NCBI GenBank assembly: GCA_003154195.1
Contig: PMCS01000008.1
Span: forward strand, 79,366 to 143,365
Length of the DNA: 64,000 bases
From: Candidatus Omnitrophota bacterium
GTDB lineage: Bacteria > Omnitrophota > Gorgyraeia > Duberdicusellales > 4484-171
Direction: 5' to 3'
Below the pieces are notes generated by a model. It was not told the DNA's origin. It made no database searches and was given only the letters and a program-made list of their open reading frames with translations. Shown piece by piece: positions 18,455-28,069 of this stretch. Position numbers and translations under genes: made by a program. Each line of letters starts with the position of its first letter. Within the stretch, counting starts at the first letter, position 1.

Positions 18455-19318
18455 TTATTTTTTACGAAGTAAAAAATAATTGACGGCGTTTTGAAAAATA
18501 CGTAATCCCCAGGGAACAGTTTTTTTCTTATGCCAATCGGGAATCTGGTGCTCGAACATACAGCGTTCCGGATGAGGCATCAGCCCTAAGATTCTTCCCG
18601 TCGCGTCGGTGATACCGGCAATGTTACGCAGGGAACCATTAGGGTTGACCGTTTCACTTTCTTCGATTCCACCAACATCATCACAATACCTGAAAGCGAT
18701 CCGGCCGGCGGCCTCAAGCTCCTTGACTATTTTTTGAGGCGCAAGAAACTTTCCTTCGCCGTGAGCAATCGGCAACCGTATCACTTCCGGTAAGCCCTTC
18801 GTCCATATCTTTTCCGGTTTTGTTTCTTTCTTTTCGTCCCTCGTCCTTCGTCCCCGCCATCCTGCGGATGGCGAGGTCTCGCCAATTTGTTTTACAAATT
18901 GGCGGACTTCTTCCTTCGTTTTAAGGTATATCCATCTATCAACAAACCGGCCGCAGTCATTAAAGCTGAGAGTGACTTTCTGCCGGAAATCCGCGTCGGG
19001 CAAGATTCCGGTTTTAACCATTACCTGAAAACCGTTACAAATACCCAGTACCAGTCCACCCTTGCCGATAAAAGCCTTTAATTCATCCTTGAGCCACAAA
19101 AGCAGTTCTAAAGAAAAAATTTTCCCCGCGCCGAGGTCATCGCCGTAGCTGAAGCCCCCGGGAAAACAAATAATCTGGTAGCGCGATAGGCTCTTTGCTT
19201 CTTTAACATAATTGATATGCCGCAAAGAAGCTTCGGCTCCGGCCAGCTCAAAGGCCAAAGTCGTTTCCTTATCGCAGTTAATCCCCGCCGTACGTAATAT
19301 TAATGCTTTAGGTTTCAT
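18455..19318 (-). CDS. purQ: FGAM synthase glutaminase subunit PurQ, with an in-frame repeat-derived insertion
   Basis: GINCD, PGGFSYGD, GICNGFQ, AHGEG, NPNGS, GLMPHPER. Confidence 0.96.
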   Translation of the reverse strand: MKPKALILRTAGINCDKETTLAFELAGAEASLRHINYVKEAKSLSRYQIICFPGGFSYGDDLGAGKIFSLELLLWLKDELKAFIGKGGLVLGICNGFQVMVKTGILPDADFRQKVTLSFNDCGRFVDRWIYLKTKEEVRQFVKQIGETSPSAGWRGRRTRDEKKETKPEKIWTKGLPEVIRLPIAHGEGKFLAPQKIVKELEAAGRIAFRYCDDVGGIEESETVNPNGSLRNIAGITDATGRILGLMPHPERCMFEHQIPDWHKKKTVPWGLRIFQNAVNYFLLRKK

Positions 19319-19358
19319 AAAAATAAAATCGAGATAAAAACAAAACCATAAAGCTTCT

Positions 19359-19575
19359 ACCACCAAGACACCAAGACACCAAAAAAATTAAAAACTATAG
19401 ATTTTTTCGTGAATTTGTGTCTTGGTGGCAAAAACATTTTTGTTTTTATTTTAAAACCTAAACCTTACCACAGAGGCACCAAAAAAAGACTCAAAACCTT
19501 AAAACTCTATCACTAAGGCACTAAGAAAACCAAAAATTATATTTTTTCTTAGTGTACTTGGTGCCTTGGTGGTAA
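19359..19575. repeat. two CACCAAGR octamer-arm hairpins
   Basis: caccaaga caccaaga cacc ... ttgtgtcttggtgg; cactaagg cactaaga ... ttagtgtacttggtgccttggtgg. Confidence 0.75.
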
Positions 19576-19599
19576 ATTTTTAGGTTTTATTCAGATACT

Positions 19600-22491
19600 T
19601 CACTGGAATTCTTTAAAAGTACCTGTCCAGGCCTTACGCAGTTTCGCAAGGCTTTCGTTTACCACCGGCTTACTGTTTTTGTTGTAAATCATTAAATCCG
19701 GTTTATCATCCACGCAGCCGATTAAACCAAAAGGCAGGCCTTTTAACGTTTTTTCAAAATCCTTTTTGTCTCGCTTTACCACTTCAACGATAAAACGCGT
19801 AGGCGATTCGCTGAATAAGACTTCATAATCCAGAAGCTTTCCGGACACAGGAGCTTCGGCTAAAAATACATTGGCGCCCAGGCCTGACCCCATGCACATT
19901 TCAGCAAGCGCTACGGCCATGCCGCCCTCGGATAAATCATGGCAGGAAGCAACCAGGCCTTTTTTGGCGGCCCGGCTTAATCCGGTAAAAATATCGTAAG
20001 CATCAGCCTTATCTACTTTAGGCACGATACCGCCGGTAATTCCGGCGTTACGAAAATATTGCGACGCGCCGAGTTCCGGCTTAGTTTTACCGACTAAATA
20101 AATCAGGTTGCCCCTTTGGGTAAAGTTATTGCCGGAAACTTCCTGCCAATCGTCAATCACCGAAATCGCCGAGATCAATAATGTCCCCGGTATGGCGATA
20201 TCCTTTCCCTCTACGGAATACTCATTATAAAGGCTGTCTTTCCCGGAAATAAAAGGAATTTTAAAATAAGTAGAAAAATCGTAGCAGCCCTTAGAAGCGC
20301 GCACCAAGCCGGCTAAAGTTTCAGGATCCTGCGGCGAACCCCAGCAGAAATTATCCAGAATATAGGTCCGGCGTAAATCCGCGCCGCAGCTTATCAGGTT
20401 GCGCAGCGCCTCATCGATTGCCAGGGCCGCAGTCCAATAAGGGTCGATATCAGAATAAAAAGGGTTTATCCCCATCCCGATGACTACCGCCTTGCGGCTT
20501 TTCAAATCAGGCCTTACCACTGCGGCGTCGCTTACCCCAAGCCGGCCGCCGGTTTCGGCCATCGATTTTAAAACCGAACCGGCCTGGACTTCATGGTCGT
20601 ATTGGCGTAAAATCCAATCTTTCGGGCTGATGTTGGGCGACGCCAGCAAAGCGAGTAAATCTTTATTATAGGACTTTTTATCGCCAACTTTTGTGTCTTC
20701 TTCTTTTTTAATCTGCCAGGCCGCTTTTTTAGCCAGCTTGGGCAGATTAAAAATAAAATCCATGTCGAGCTCTGCTACTTTATTGCCGGAGTAAAAAAGC
20801 CTCAATCTATGATCGCCGGTCACCTTGCCCACTACCGTCATCTCCACGTCTTCTTCGTCAAAGATTTCTTTTAAGGCCGTGATATTTTCTTCCTTAGTGG
20901 TAAATACCATGCGCTCCTGCGATTCGGATATCCAGATCTCCGTATAGGAAAGGCCGCGGTATTTTAACGGCACCTTATCGAGCTCAACTTCAACCCCATG
21001 CTCGGAGGCGATTTCAGTAATGGCGCTGGAAATACCGCCGGCGCCGCAATCGGTAATCGCGTTGAATAAATTCTTATCGCGGCTGCACAACAGCGCTTCG
21101 GTGAGTTTCTTCTCTTCGATGGCATTACCGATTTGCACGGCGCTGTTTAAGGCAACGGTCTGCTCGTCGAGCTCCCGCGAAGAAAAAGTCGCGCCGTGTA
21201 TCCCGTCGCGGCCGGTCTTTGCTCCGCATAAAACCACAACGTCGTCAATATCGACTTTCTTGAACGATTTATTTTTAGGGAGAATGCCCAGCGTACCGCA
21301 ATAAACCAGAGGGTTGCCCAGAAAGCGCCGGTCAAAAAGCACGGCGCCGGCGACCGTCGGGATGCCCATGCGATTTCCGTAATCACGCACGCCGCCAATC
21401 ACTCCTTTAATAATACGTTTAGGATGCAACAACCCCTTAGGAAGGTCATCGTAGCTGATATCCCAGGGAGCAAAACAAAAAACATCGGTATTGGCAAACG
21501 GCTTAGCGCCGCAGCCGGTGCCTAAAATATCCCTGATCACGCCGCCGATGCCGGTAGACGCACCGCCATAAGGCTCCAGGCTGGAGGGATGGTTGTGCGT
21601 TTCAACCTTAAAGCAAATATTATTTTTCGCGTCAAAATCGACGATACCGGAATTATCGTGGAATACGGAAACACACCCTTTGTGGCTAATCTCGTTGGTC
21701 GCCTGCATCACCGTAGATTTCAGCAGGCCGTTAATCGTCTCTTTTTTAACCACGGCGCCGGATTCGTCCCGCTCTTCGTATTCGATAATCCCCCGGAAAG
21801 TTTTATGACAGCAATGTTCCGACCATAGAGTGGCAATCGTCTCTAATTCGCAATCCGTAGGGTTATTTTGCCGGGCGGTAAAATAACCCTTAATAATCCT
21901 CATCTCTTCTAAGCTGAGCGAAAGACAGCCCTGTTTAGAAATTTCCATTAAACGATTGTCATCAGCCGAAAGAATATCAACGCTGCGTAGCTCAAAGCAA
22001 TAATCTTTGCCGGCGAACTCGCTCAAGGTAGATAAATTTTTAACTTTATTATAATCGAGCACATGTTCAATAAGCGGATTATACAAAACCCTGGGGGCCA
22101 GCTTTTCGATATCCCTGACGGATAAACCGTCAAACTTATACCAGCGGGCGGTACGCGCGGTGGCAACCGGCACGTTTAAATCCTTGATCGCTTTTTCTAA
22201 AGACAGCGCCACGGGATCGCACACCCCGGGATTATGGGTGACCAGAATCTCATTGATTTGAGGGGGCGCCGCAAAAAAACCTCGGGCAAGAATATAATTT
22301 TCAGTAACCGGATCGATGAGAAGCCGGATAACGATTTCTTCGATTTTGTTTTCGGGCAGATTCGATTCGATAAAATAAACCGTACGGCAAGAAGCCTCAA
22401 AGATTTTGCCGATGCCTGAATCTTTTATCTGGTTAATCAGTCCGGTATGCCGGCTTTCTTTTTTGGGGATGATATCTACGCGGTGAACCAT
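19600..22491 (-). CDS. purL: FGAM synthase PurL with N-terminal PurS-like extension
   Basis: WSEHCCHK, KVETHNHPS, TGRDGIHGA, SESQERM, QYDHEV, SGKDSLYN. Confidence 0.97.
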   Translation of the reverse strand: MVHRVDIIPKKESRHTGLINQIKDSGIGKIFEASCRTVYFIESNLPENKIEEIVIRLLIDPVTENYILARGFFAAPPQINEILVTHNPGVCDPVALSLEKAIKDLNVPVATARTARWYKFDGLSVRDIEKLAPRVLYNPLIEHVLDYNKVKNLSTLSEFAGKDYCFELRSVDILSADDNRLMEISKQGCLSLSLEEMRIIKGYFTARQNNPTDCELETIATLWSEHCCHKTFRGIIEYEERDESGAVVKKETINGLLKSTVMQATNEISHKGCVSVFHDNSGIVDFDAKNNICFKVETHNHPSSLEPYGGASTGIGGVIRDILGTGCGAKPFANTDVFCFAPWDISYDDLPKGLLHPKRIIKGVIGGVRDYGNRMGIPTVAGAVLFDRRFLGNPLVYCGTLGILPKNKSFKKVDIDDVVVLCGAKTGRDGIHGATFSSRELDEQTVALNSAVQIGNAIEEKKLTEALLCSRDKNLFNAITDCGAGGISSAITEIASEHGVEVELDKVPLKYRGLSYTEIWISESQERMVFTTKEENITALKEIFDEEDVEMTVVGKVTGDHRLRLFYSGNKVAELDMDFIFNLPKLAKKAAWQIKKEEDTKVGDKKSYNKDLLALLASPNISPKDWILRQYDHEVQAGSVLKSMAETGGRLGVSDAAVVRPDLKSRKAVVIGMGINPFYSDIDPYWTAALAIDEALRNLISCGADLRRTYILDNFCWGSPQDPETLAGLVRASKGCYDFSTYFKIPFISGKDSLYNEYSVEGKDIAIPGTLLISAISVIDDWQEVSGNNFTQRGNLIYLVGKTKPELGASQYFRNAGITGGIVPKVDKADAYDIFTGLSRAAKKGLVASCHDLSEGGMAVALAEMCMGSGLGANVFLAEAPVSGKLLDYEVLFSESPTRFIVEVVKRDKKDFEKTLKGLPFGLIGCVDDKPDLMIYNKNSKPVVNESLAKLRKAWTGTFKEFQ

Positions 22492-22580
22492 ATTTTAGAC
22501 CTTGGATAATACGATTGCGCAGGAAACTATTTTAATAACTGTGAGGATATTTGAAAAGGGGAAAAGGTGTCTGTCCCCTT

Positions 22581-23870
22581 TTAAATTCCCGTCCTTTTAT
22601 AAATTTTATCGACATTGATTAGATAAGTATGGGGGTCAAAGATTTCTTCGATTTCTTTCGGCATCAAATATTTTTTAATACGGTTGTCGCGCGATACTTC
22701 CTTCTGGAAATTAGAATTGCCGTTAATCACTTTCAGAGAAATATCCTGGACGATCTCGTAAGCGTCCATGCGCGAAAGCCCCCGGCTCATCAGCTTAAGC
22801 AGGATTTTCTGCGAGTAAATCAGGCCGCGGTTGAGTTCGATGTTACGCATCATATTCTGGGGATTGACTTTGAGGTTTTCCACCACTTCAATCATTTTTT
22901 TAAGCATGTACGCGATTGCTGCGGTAGAATCCGGCAGGATCACCCTTTCCGATGATGAATGCGAGATGTCGCGTTCGTGCCAGAGATTGATATTCTCAAA
23001 CGCTACCTGGGAATTAGCCCGCAGCAGGCGGCTCAACCCGCAGATTCTTTCGCAAATCACCGGGTTCTGTTTGTGCGGCATCGCACTCGAACCCTTCTGT
23101 CCGGCATAAAAAGGCTCTTTTACTTCATCGACTTCGGTGCGATGGAGATGCCTTACTTCAGTGGCGAAACGTTCCAGGGTCGCCCCCAGTAAAGCCAGTA
23201 AAGAAAGATAATAGGCAAAACGTTCTCTCGATACTACCTGGGTTGAAACTAAAGTATGGTTTATACCCAATTTTCGGCAAATATATTCTTCGACTTTCGG
23301 TTCATGATAGGCGAATGTCCCCACGGCGCCGGAAATCTTGCCGCAAGCGACATACTTTAAACTATCCCGGAGCAGGCGCTGCTCTTCAATCAAATCGTTA
23401 TAAAAATAAAGGAATTTAAGGCCAAAGCTGTAGATCTCGGCGTGCACGCCGTGAGTGCGGGCGATGCAAAGCATATCCTTGTGCTTAATCGCCCTATCCT
23501 TAACCTCTTTTATTAAAATACCGAGCTGTGATAGGATAATTTCTGTGGCATCCCGGAGCTGCCAGGCAAGCGTCGTATCGAGAAGATCGGAAGAAGTCAT
23601 CCCCATGTGCAAATATTTAGCCGCCCGCCCTAATTGCGGGGAAATATGTTGCAGAAAAGCGACAATATCATGCTGGGTCTGCTCTTCGATTTTTTTAATC
23701 GCGGGAACAGATATTTTAACGCCGGCAAACGATTTGCTTATACCGGGGGGTATTTTCTTATATGTTTCCAAGGCCCGGCAAAGCAGCTTTTCAATCTCCA
23801 GGAACCGGCGGAATTTTTCTTCCTCGTCCCATATTTTAGCGATTTCCGGCGGATTATAACGTTCAATCAT
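22581..23870 (-). CDS. purB: adenylosuccinate lyase
   Basis: MIERY start, RTHGVHAE, GQKGSSAMPHKQNP, WHERDISHSS. Confidence 0.98.
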   Translation of the reverse strand: MIERYNPPEIAKIWDEEEKFRRFLEIEKLLCRALETYKKIPPGISKSFAGVKISVPAIKKIEEQTQHDIVAFLQHISPQLGRAAKYLHMGMTSSDLLDTTLAWQLRDATEIILSQLGILIKEVKDRAIKHKDMLCIARTHGVHAEIYSFGLKFLYFYNDLIEEQRLLRDSLKYVACGKISGAVGTFAYHEPKVEEYICRKLGINHTLVSTQVVSRERFAYYLSLLALLGATLERFATEVRHLHRTEVDEVKEPFYAGQKGSSAMPHKQNPVICERICGLSRLLRANSQVAFENINLWHERDISHSSSERVILPDSTAAIAYMLKKMIEVVENLKVNPQNMMRNIELNRGLIYSQKILLKLMSRGLSRMDAYEIVQDISLKVINGNSNFQKEVSRDNRIKKYLMPKEIEEIFDPHTYLINVDKIYKRTGI

Positions 23871-23939
23871 AATTTTATGAAACACCAAGGTTCTCCCTGC
23901 GGCTTGCCGCAGGGTATTCGGCGAAGAAGAATAAAAAAA

Positions 23940-24272
23940 TTAGTAAGTGACATTGGCGGTAATCGTGCTGCTCTCGTTAAAAGGATATGGGTCGGCGGCA
24001 TTCGGGGCAACCCGGGTGACAGCAACACTCACGGGATACCCCGGCACGTTGGCCGCGCCTACATTCACGGGATTGACAACCGCTTCGTTTCTTATTAATC
24101 TATCGGTAGCATTAACAAGACCCGCTTGCGCGGCGTAGAAAGAACGGATTCTTCTTATCTTATTTTCCGTCAACCGCGACTGCTGGGTCATAATCGTTAA
24201 AACCGCCAGGGCAAGAGCAGAAACTACCAGCATAATCCCGATCACCGCCAGCAACACCACTGCCTTCTTCAT
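23940..24272 (-). CDS. PilX-like minor pilin / prepilin-type protein
   Basis: Basic N-terminus, hydrophobic helix, SFYAAQAGL (PilX-N-like AFYAAEAG). Confidence 0.65.
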   Translation of the reverse strand: MKKAVVLLAVIGIMLVVSALALAVLTIMTQQSRLTENKIRRIRSFYAAQAGLVNATDRLIRNEAVVNPVNVGAANVPGYPVSVAVTRVAPNAADPYPFNESSTITANVTY

Positions 24273-24352
24273 CAACCCAAATACACAAGCCTCTTTTTTA
24301 TGAGCGGAAAAATAGTAGGTTTTCATATCTGCCGGCCCTGTAGGCGGATAAG

Positions 24353-24401
24353 TAATCTGAACGAGCCGCTTTGCTCTTCCTATTCCGGCTCGTTCAGATT
24401 A
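24353..24401. repeat. 16-bp perfect inverted repeat
   Basis: TAATCTGAACGAGCCG...CGGCTCGTTCAGATTA. Confidence 0.75.
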
Positions 24402-24404
24402 GGG

Positions 24405-24602
24405 TTAGCGTAAGCTTATCCTATAATCGCCGCTGTCAAAAACAACCAGAACATGGCCTTCCCGGGCAAGCCAGCCTAAACTCATCAAAATAAGTTCCCG
24501 GGGTTTTTCCACGCCGCCGCATAATTTTGTCAAAGTTACCTGGCCATTTTGATCCAGAAAATGCCATATCTCGCCCGCCGTTATACCGATCTCTGTAATC
24601 AT
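24405..24602 (-). CDS. small winged helix-turn-helix protein (DUF2582-like)
   Basis: IGITAGEIWHFL..LGWLAREG signature. Confidence 0.85.
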   Translation of the reverse strand: MITEIGITAGEIWHFLDQNGQVTLTKLCGGVEKPRELILMSLGWLAREGHVLVVFDSGDYRISLR

Positions 24603-24620
24603 TTTTACCTCTCTTTATTT

Positions 24621-24659
24621 TAATGAAACTTGCCCGGTATTCCGGGCTTAGTTGAATTA
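24621..24659. repeat. family B short form (39 bp)
   Basis: TAATGAAACTTGCCCGGTATTCCGGGCTTAGTTGAATTA; inverted copy at 46715-46753. Confidence 0.75.
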
Positions 24660-24869
24660 TCCCCGAAGAGGAATTTGCTTCGCAAAAAAATAAACATCCC
24701 GCTTACGCGGATAAAATATTACTTACCTACCCCGGGGTATAATCCTATGAATTTCAATTACTATGCTTCCTTAATGATCCTCGGACAGACTGTTTGCTGA
24801 AGCTCCACAATCTCACAGGCATGGTCTTCCGGAGTTGGGATAAAGATACCGCAGGTATCCTTATCCCAA

Positions 24870-24897
24870 TTGTACTACTGACCGCTGTTATTTCAAG
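24870..24897 (-). promoter_or_regulatory. sigma70-type promoter and structured leader for the wHTH gene
   Basis: TTGAAA-16 nt-TACAAT, followed by the hairpin GGGATAAGGATACC-TGC-GGTATCTTTATCCC. Confidence 0.5.
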
Positions 24898-24902
24898 TAA
24901 AA

Positions 24903-25538
24903 CTATTTTTCGCGCCGCGAAAAATAGCCCGCGATAAGCATTTTAACATTATCGCCGATACGCGAAAATTCCTTATCGGCAAATAAATCTTTGTTAAAAA
25001 CGCTCCCGCCGAAGGCGGCCGCGTCGGCGCCGTTTTTAAAAAACTCGGCGATGTTGGCGGCGTTCACGCCGCCGCAAGCAAGCAGTTTTATATGCTCAAA
25101 GGGAGCCTTTATTTCCTTAAAATAAGCTGGGCCAAAAAAGCCGGCGGGAAAAACCTTTACCATTGCCGCCCCCGCCTGCCAGGCGCAATATATTTCCTGC
25201 GGGGTAAGCGCGCCCGGGAAAAAAGCGATTTTTTCCCTTCGGCAAAAAATCGCTACTTCTTTTACCAAAACCGGAGAAACAATAAATGAAGCCCCGGCAT
25301 TGATCGCCGCCTTTAAAGAACTTTCGTCGAGGACTGTTCCCGCGCCGACCGACAACCTGCCCCTGGCCGCCTTAATTGTCCTTTTGATAACCGCCGCGGC
25401 ATGGGGGGTATTCAAAGTAATCTCAATTGCTCTCAGGCCGACAGCCGCTACCGCTTCCACCAGCGGCTCGATATCTTCTTCCTTAACCCCACGTAAAATG
25501 CCCAAAATAGGAAGCTTTTCAAATTCTTTGATGTCCAT
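24903..25538 (-). CDS. eda: KDPG/KHG aldolase (Eda family)
   Basis: ILRG, IEIT, GAGTV, FIVSP, PGALTPQE, VKVFPA, GGV. Confidence 0.9.
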   Translation of the reverse strand: MDIKEFEKLPILGILRGVKEEDIEPLVEAVAAVGLRAIEITLNTPHAAAVIKRTIKAARGRLSVGAGTVLDESSLKAAINAGASFIVSPVLVKEVAIFCRREKIAFFPGALTPQEIYCAWQAGAAMVKVFPAGFFGPAYFKEIKAPFEHIKLLACGGVNAANIAEFFKNGADAAAFGGSVFNKDLFADKEFSRIGDNVKMLIAGYFSRREK

Positions 25539-25550
25539 AATTAAAAACTA

Positions 25551-25725
25551 GGTTAGGGTAAGGGTAAGGGTAAGGGTTAAGGGTTAAGGGTTAAGGGTTA
25601 AGGTTTAATAATCTTTTTTTTAAAAGCCTTTACCTTAACCCTAACCCAAACCCAAGCCGGCCTCGTAACCCTGACCTTAACCCGGTATTTATCATACCGG
25701 CTTCCTCACCCTAGCCTTGGCCCTA
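25551..25725. repeat. family A element with near-perfect telomere-like G-tract array
   Basis: GGTTAGGG(TAAGGG)3(TTAAGGG)3, then a C-rich arm with CCCTAACCCAAACCCAAGCCGGC. Confidence 0.9.
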
Positions 25726-26673
25726 TTCTTCTTCTACGTCGATAAAGCTCTCGTAAAACTCGCGGTAATCCTCTTTCTTATCGGACTCGCGAAGAGCGAT
25801 TGCTTCTTTAGGATGGGTGTTAAACATCCCGGCAATCGCGTAAGGGATGATATAACCCCATTCAATCTTATCCCGTAAAGGAATAAACTCCTTAGAGATC
25901 AAATCAAGTACCGGCCGGATATCGAATTTGGGATTTTTTAAAAATCCCAGCAAAAGTTCCAGGGGACAGTTTCCCGCGGCACGGCCGATACCGTAAACCG
26001 TAGCATCCAGATAATTGGCGTTATGAATAATCGCTTCGATTGTATTAGCAAAAGCAAGCTGCTGGTTATTATGTCCGTGAAAACCTACTTCCTTGGTTTT
26101 TAAAATACTCTTTACTTTTTTAATCAAAAACTCCGTAGTTTCCTGATAGAGAAAACCAAAGCTATCCACCACATAAATTACGTCGGCCTTGCTTTCTCTT
26201 TCCAACTGGTCTAAGGCTTCGTTAAGTTCATTATCCAATGCCTTGGTGATCGCCATGATATTCACGGTAGTCTCATAGCCTTTGTCATGAAATTCATTAA
26301 CCAACCTTATCGCTTTATCAATATCTTTAACATAGCTGGCAACCCGGATCATGCTCACCGGGCTCTCTTTTTTAGGCTTAACGTCAGCCGGGTCGACCCT
26401 TCCGATATCGGCCATCACGGAAATTTTTGTCTTGGAAGGGATGCCTTCGATAACGCGATTGATGATATCATCCTCGCAGAATTTCCACGGCCCGTATTCG
26501 GAAGCGGAAAAAAGTTTTTTGGAATTACGGTAGCCGATTTCCATATAATCCACGCCGGCGGCGGAAAGCGCGCTGTAAACCGCGCGGACAAATTCGAAGC
26601 TGAAATCGTGGTCGTTGATCAGGCCGCCATCCCGGACCGTACAGTCAAAAACTTTTATTTTTTCTCTAAACAT
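25723..26673 (-). CDS. DRE-TIM metallolyase, 4-hydroxy-2-oxovalerate aldolase-like
   Basis: DCTVRDGG, VDSFG, GFHGHNNQQLAFAN, GIGRAAGN. Confidence 0.85.
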   Translation of the reverse strand: MFREKIKVFDCTVRDGGLINDHDFSFEFVRAVYSALSAAGVDYMEIGYRNSKKLFSASEYGPWKFCEDDIINRVIEGIPSKTKISVMADIGRVDPADVKPKKESPVSMIRVASYVKDIDKAIRLVNEFHDKGYETTVNIMAITKALDNELNEALDQLERESKADVIYVVDSFGFLYQETTEFLIKKVKSILKTKEVGFHGHNNQQLAFANTIEAIIHNANYLDATVYGIGRAAGNCPLELLLGFLKNPKFDIRPVLDLISKEFIPLRDKIEWGYIIPYAIAGMFNTHPKEAIALRESDKKEDYREFYESFIDVEEE

Positions 26674-26844
26674 AGCTTTATCTCCTCAATGAGGCTTGGG
26701 TTTTTATAAGCCGTAGGCGCAGTAAAAACCCTTAGCCTAATTTCCCGCCCCTGGCGGGATCCCGCTTCCTCGACATGCTTATTCAGGAAGGCGGTGATAC
26801 TTCCGAGGCGTTTCGGGAAAATATCGTAAGAGATTTCACCGGTA

Positions 26845-26915
26845 TATAGACGCCCGGAAGCCTATCTGATTTATTTAGGAATACTATTTGCAGTAAGCCC
26901 CACTGGCTCGTCTAT
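26845..26915 (-). ncRNA. candidate cis-regulatory leader RNA
   Basis: Minus strand TATAGACG-AGCC...GGCT-TCCGGG-CGTCTATA stem upstream of the aldolase; shares an internal motif with 24789-24808. Confidence 0.35.
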
Positions 26916-26987
26916 ACAAATATATTTATCTTTTCGCCGCAAAAAAATGAATGCCTGCCGAACGACGCAGGCTATTTTATATGAAAA

Positions 26988-28043
26988 TTACAGCTGGCTC
27001 GATGTGGCCGGACGAAAAATAGCGCGAGCGGCGGTTTCTTTAGAAATAATTCCTTGCTGCGCCAATCTTCTTACGTCAGAATCCATAGTCATCATACCCA
27101 TATTTGTTCCGGTTTGTATTATCGAGTATAACTGATGGGTGTGGCCTTTACGAATGAGATTAGCAACGGCCGGCGTCACGATTAAAACTTCCCTGGCCGC
27201 CGTTCTCCCATTGCCGTCTTTAAGCGTCAAAAGCTGCTGGCAAATTACGCCTTTCAAAACCCCGGCGAGCATCGTTCTTATCTGTTGCTGCTGGTAGGGC
27301 GGAAAAACGTCGATAATCCGGTCTACAGTTTGCAACGCATCCGGCGTATGCAAAGTAGCAAAAACAAGATGACCGGTTTCCGCAATCCCCAGAGCGGCGG
27401 AGATCGTTTCCAGATCGCGCATTTCCCCCACCAGAATCACGTCGGGATCTTCGCGCAAAGCGTATTTAAGCGCGCGGGTGAAAGAAGAAGTATGGGTGCC
27501 TACTTGCCTCTGGGTAACCATTGCCCGCGCGTGAGGATAAATAAATTCAACGGGGTCTTCAATGGTTATAATATGCCGTGGTTCGGTCTGGTTTATTTTG
27601 TTGATTAACGCCGCCAGAGTAGTCGACTTACCATTCCCGGTAGAACCAACCACTAAAACCAAACCGTTATTCAGTTCGGTAAGCCTTATGACTTCCGGCG
27701 TCAAATTCAATTCTTCCGGTGTGGGAATCTTAAAAGGTATAACTCTTATGGCAATGCCGATACCATCTTGCTGCCGATAAAGATTTGCCCGAAAACGGCA
27801 CAAACCTTCGATCTTATAGGAAAAATCCAGTTCCCATTCTTTTTCGAACTCTTCACGCTGTTCCTGCGTAATCATGCTATAGATAAGCTGCGCAGCGGCT
27901 TCCTTGCTTAAAGGGGGAAAATCTTCGAGCGGCTTTATCTCGCCATATAAACGTATGCTTGGCCGCAGGCCGACGGCAAGATGGAGGTCGCTGGCTTTCT
28001 TTTCTACCGTAAACCGCAAAAGATCATTAATATTAACATCCAT
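26988..28043 (-). CDS. pilT: type IV pilus retraction ATPase PilT
   Basis: ASDLHL, GSTGNGKSTT, TIEDPVE, ALREDPDVILVGEMRD, TGHLVFATLHT. Confidence 0.95.
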   Translation of the reverse strand: MDVNINDLLRFTVEKKASDLHLAVGLRPSIRLYGEIKPLEDFPPLSKEAAAQLIYSMITQEQREEFEKEWELDFSYKIEGLCRFRANLYRQQDGIGIAIRVIPFKIPTPEELNLTPEVIRLTELNNGLVLVVGSTGNGKSTTLAALINKINQTEPRHIITIEDPVEFIYPHARAMVTQRQVGTHTSSFTRALKYALREDPDVILVGEMRDLETISAALGIAETGHLVFATLHTPDALQTVDRIIDVFPPYQQQQIRTMLAGVLKGVICQQLLTLKDGNGRTAAREVLIVTPAVANLIRKGHTHQLYSIIQTGTNMGMMTMDSDVRRLAQQGIISKETAARAIFRPATSSQL

Positions 28044-28069
28044 ATATTTAATTTAGCATACGCCGGCCT

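Noticed and set aside
25551-25612. Eukaryotic telomere contamination or contig end
   Set aside because: It is internal, flanked by co-oriented bacterial genes, and shares a core with three other dispersed copies.
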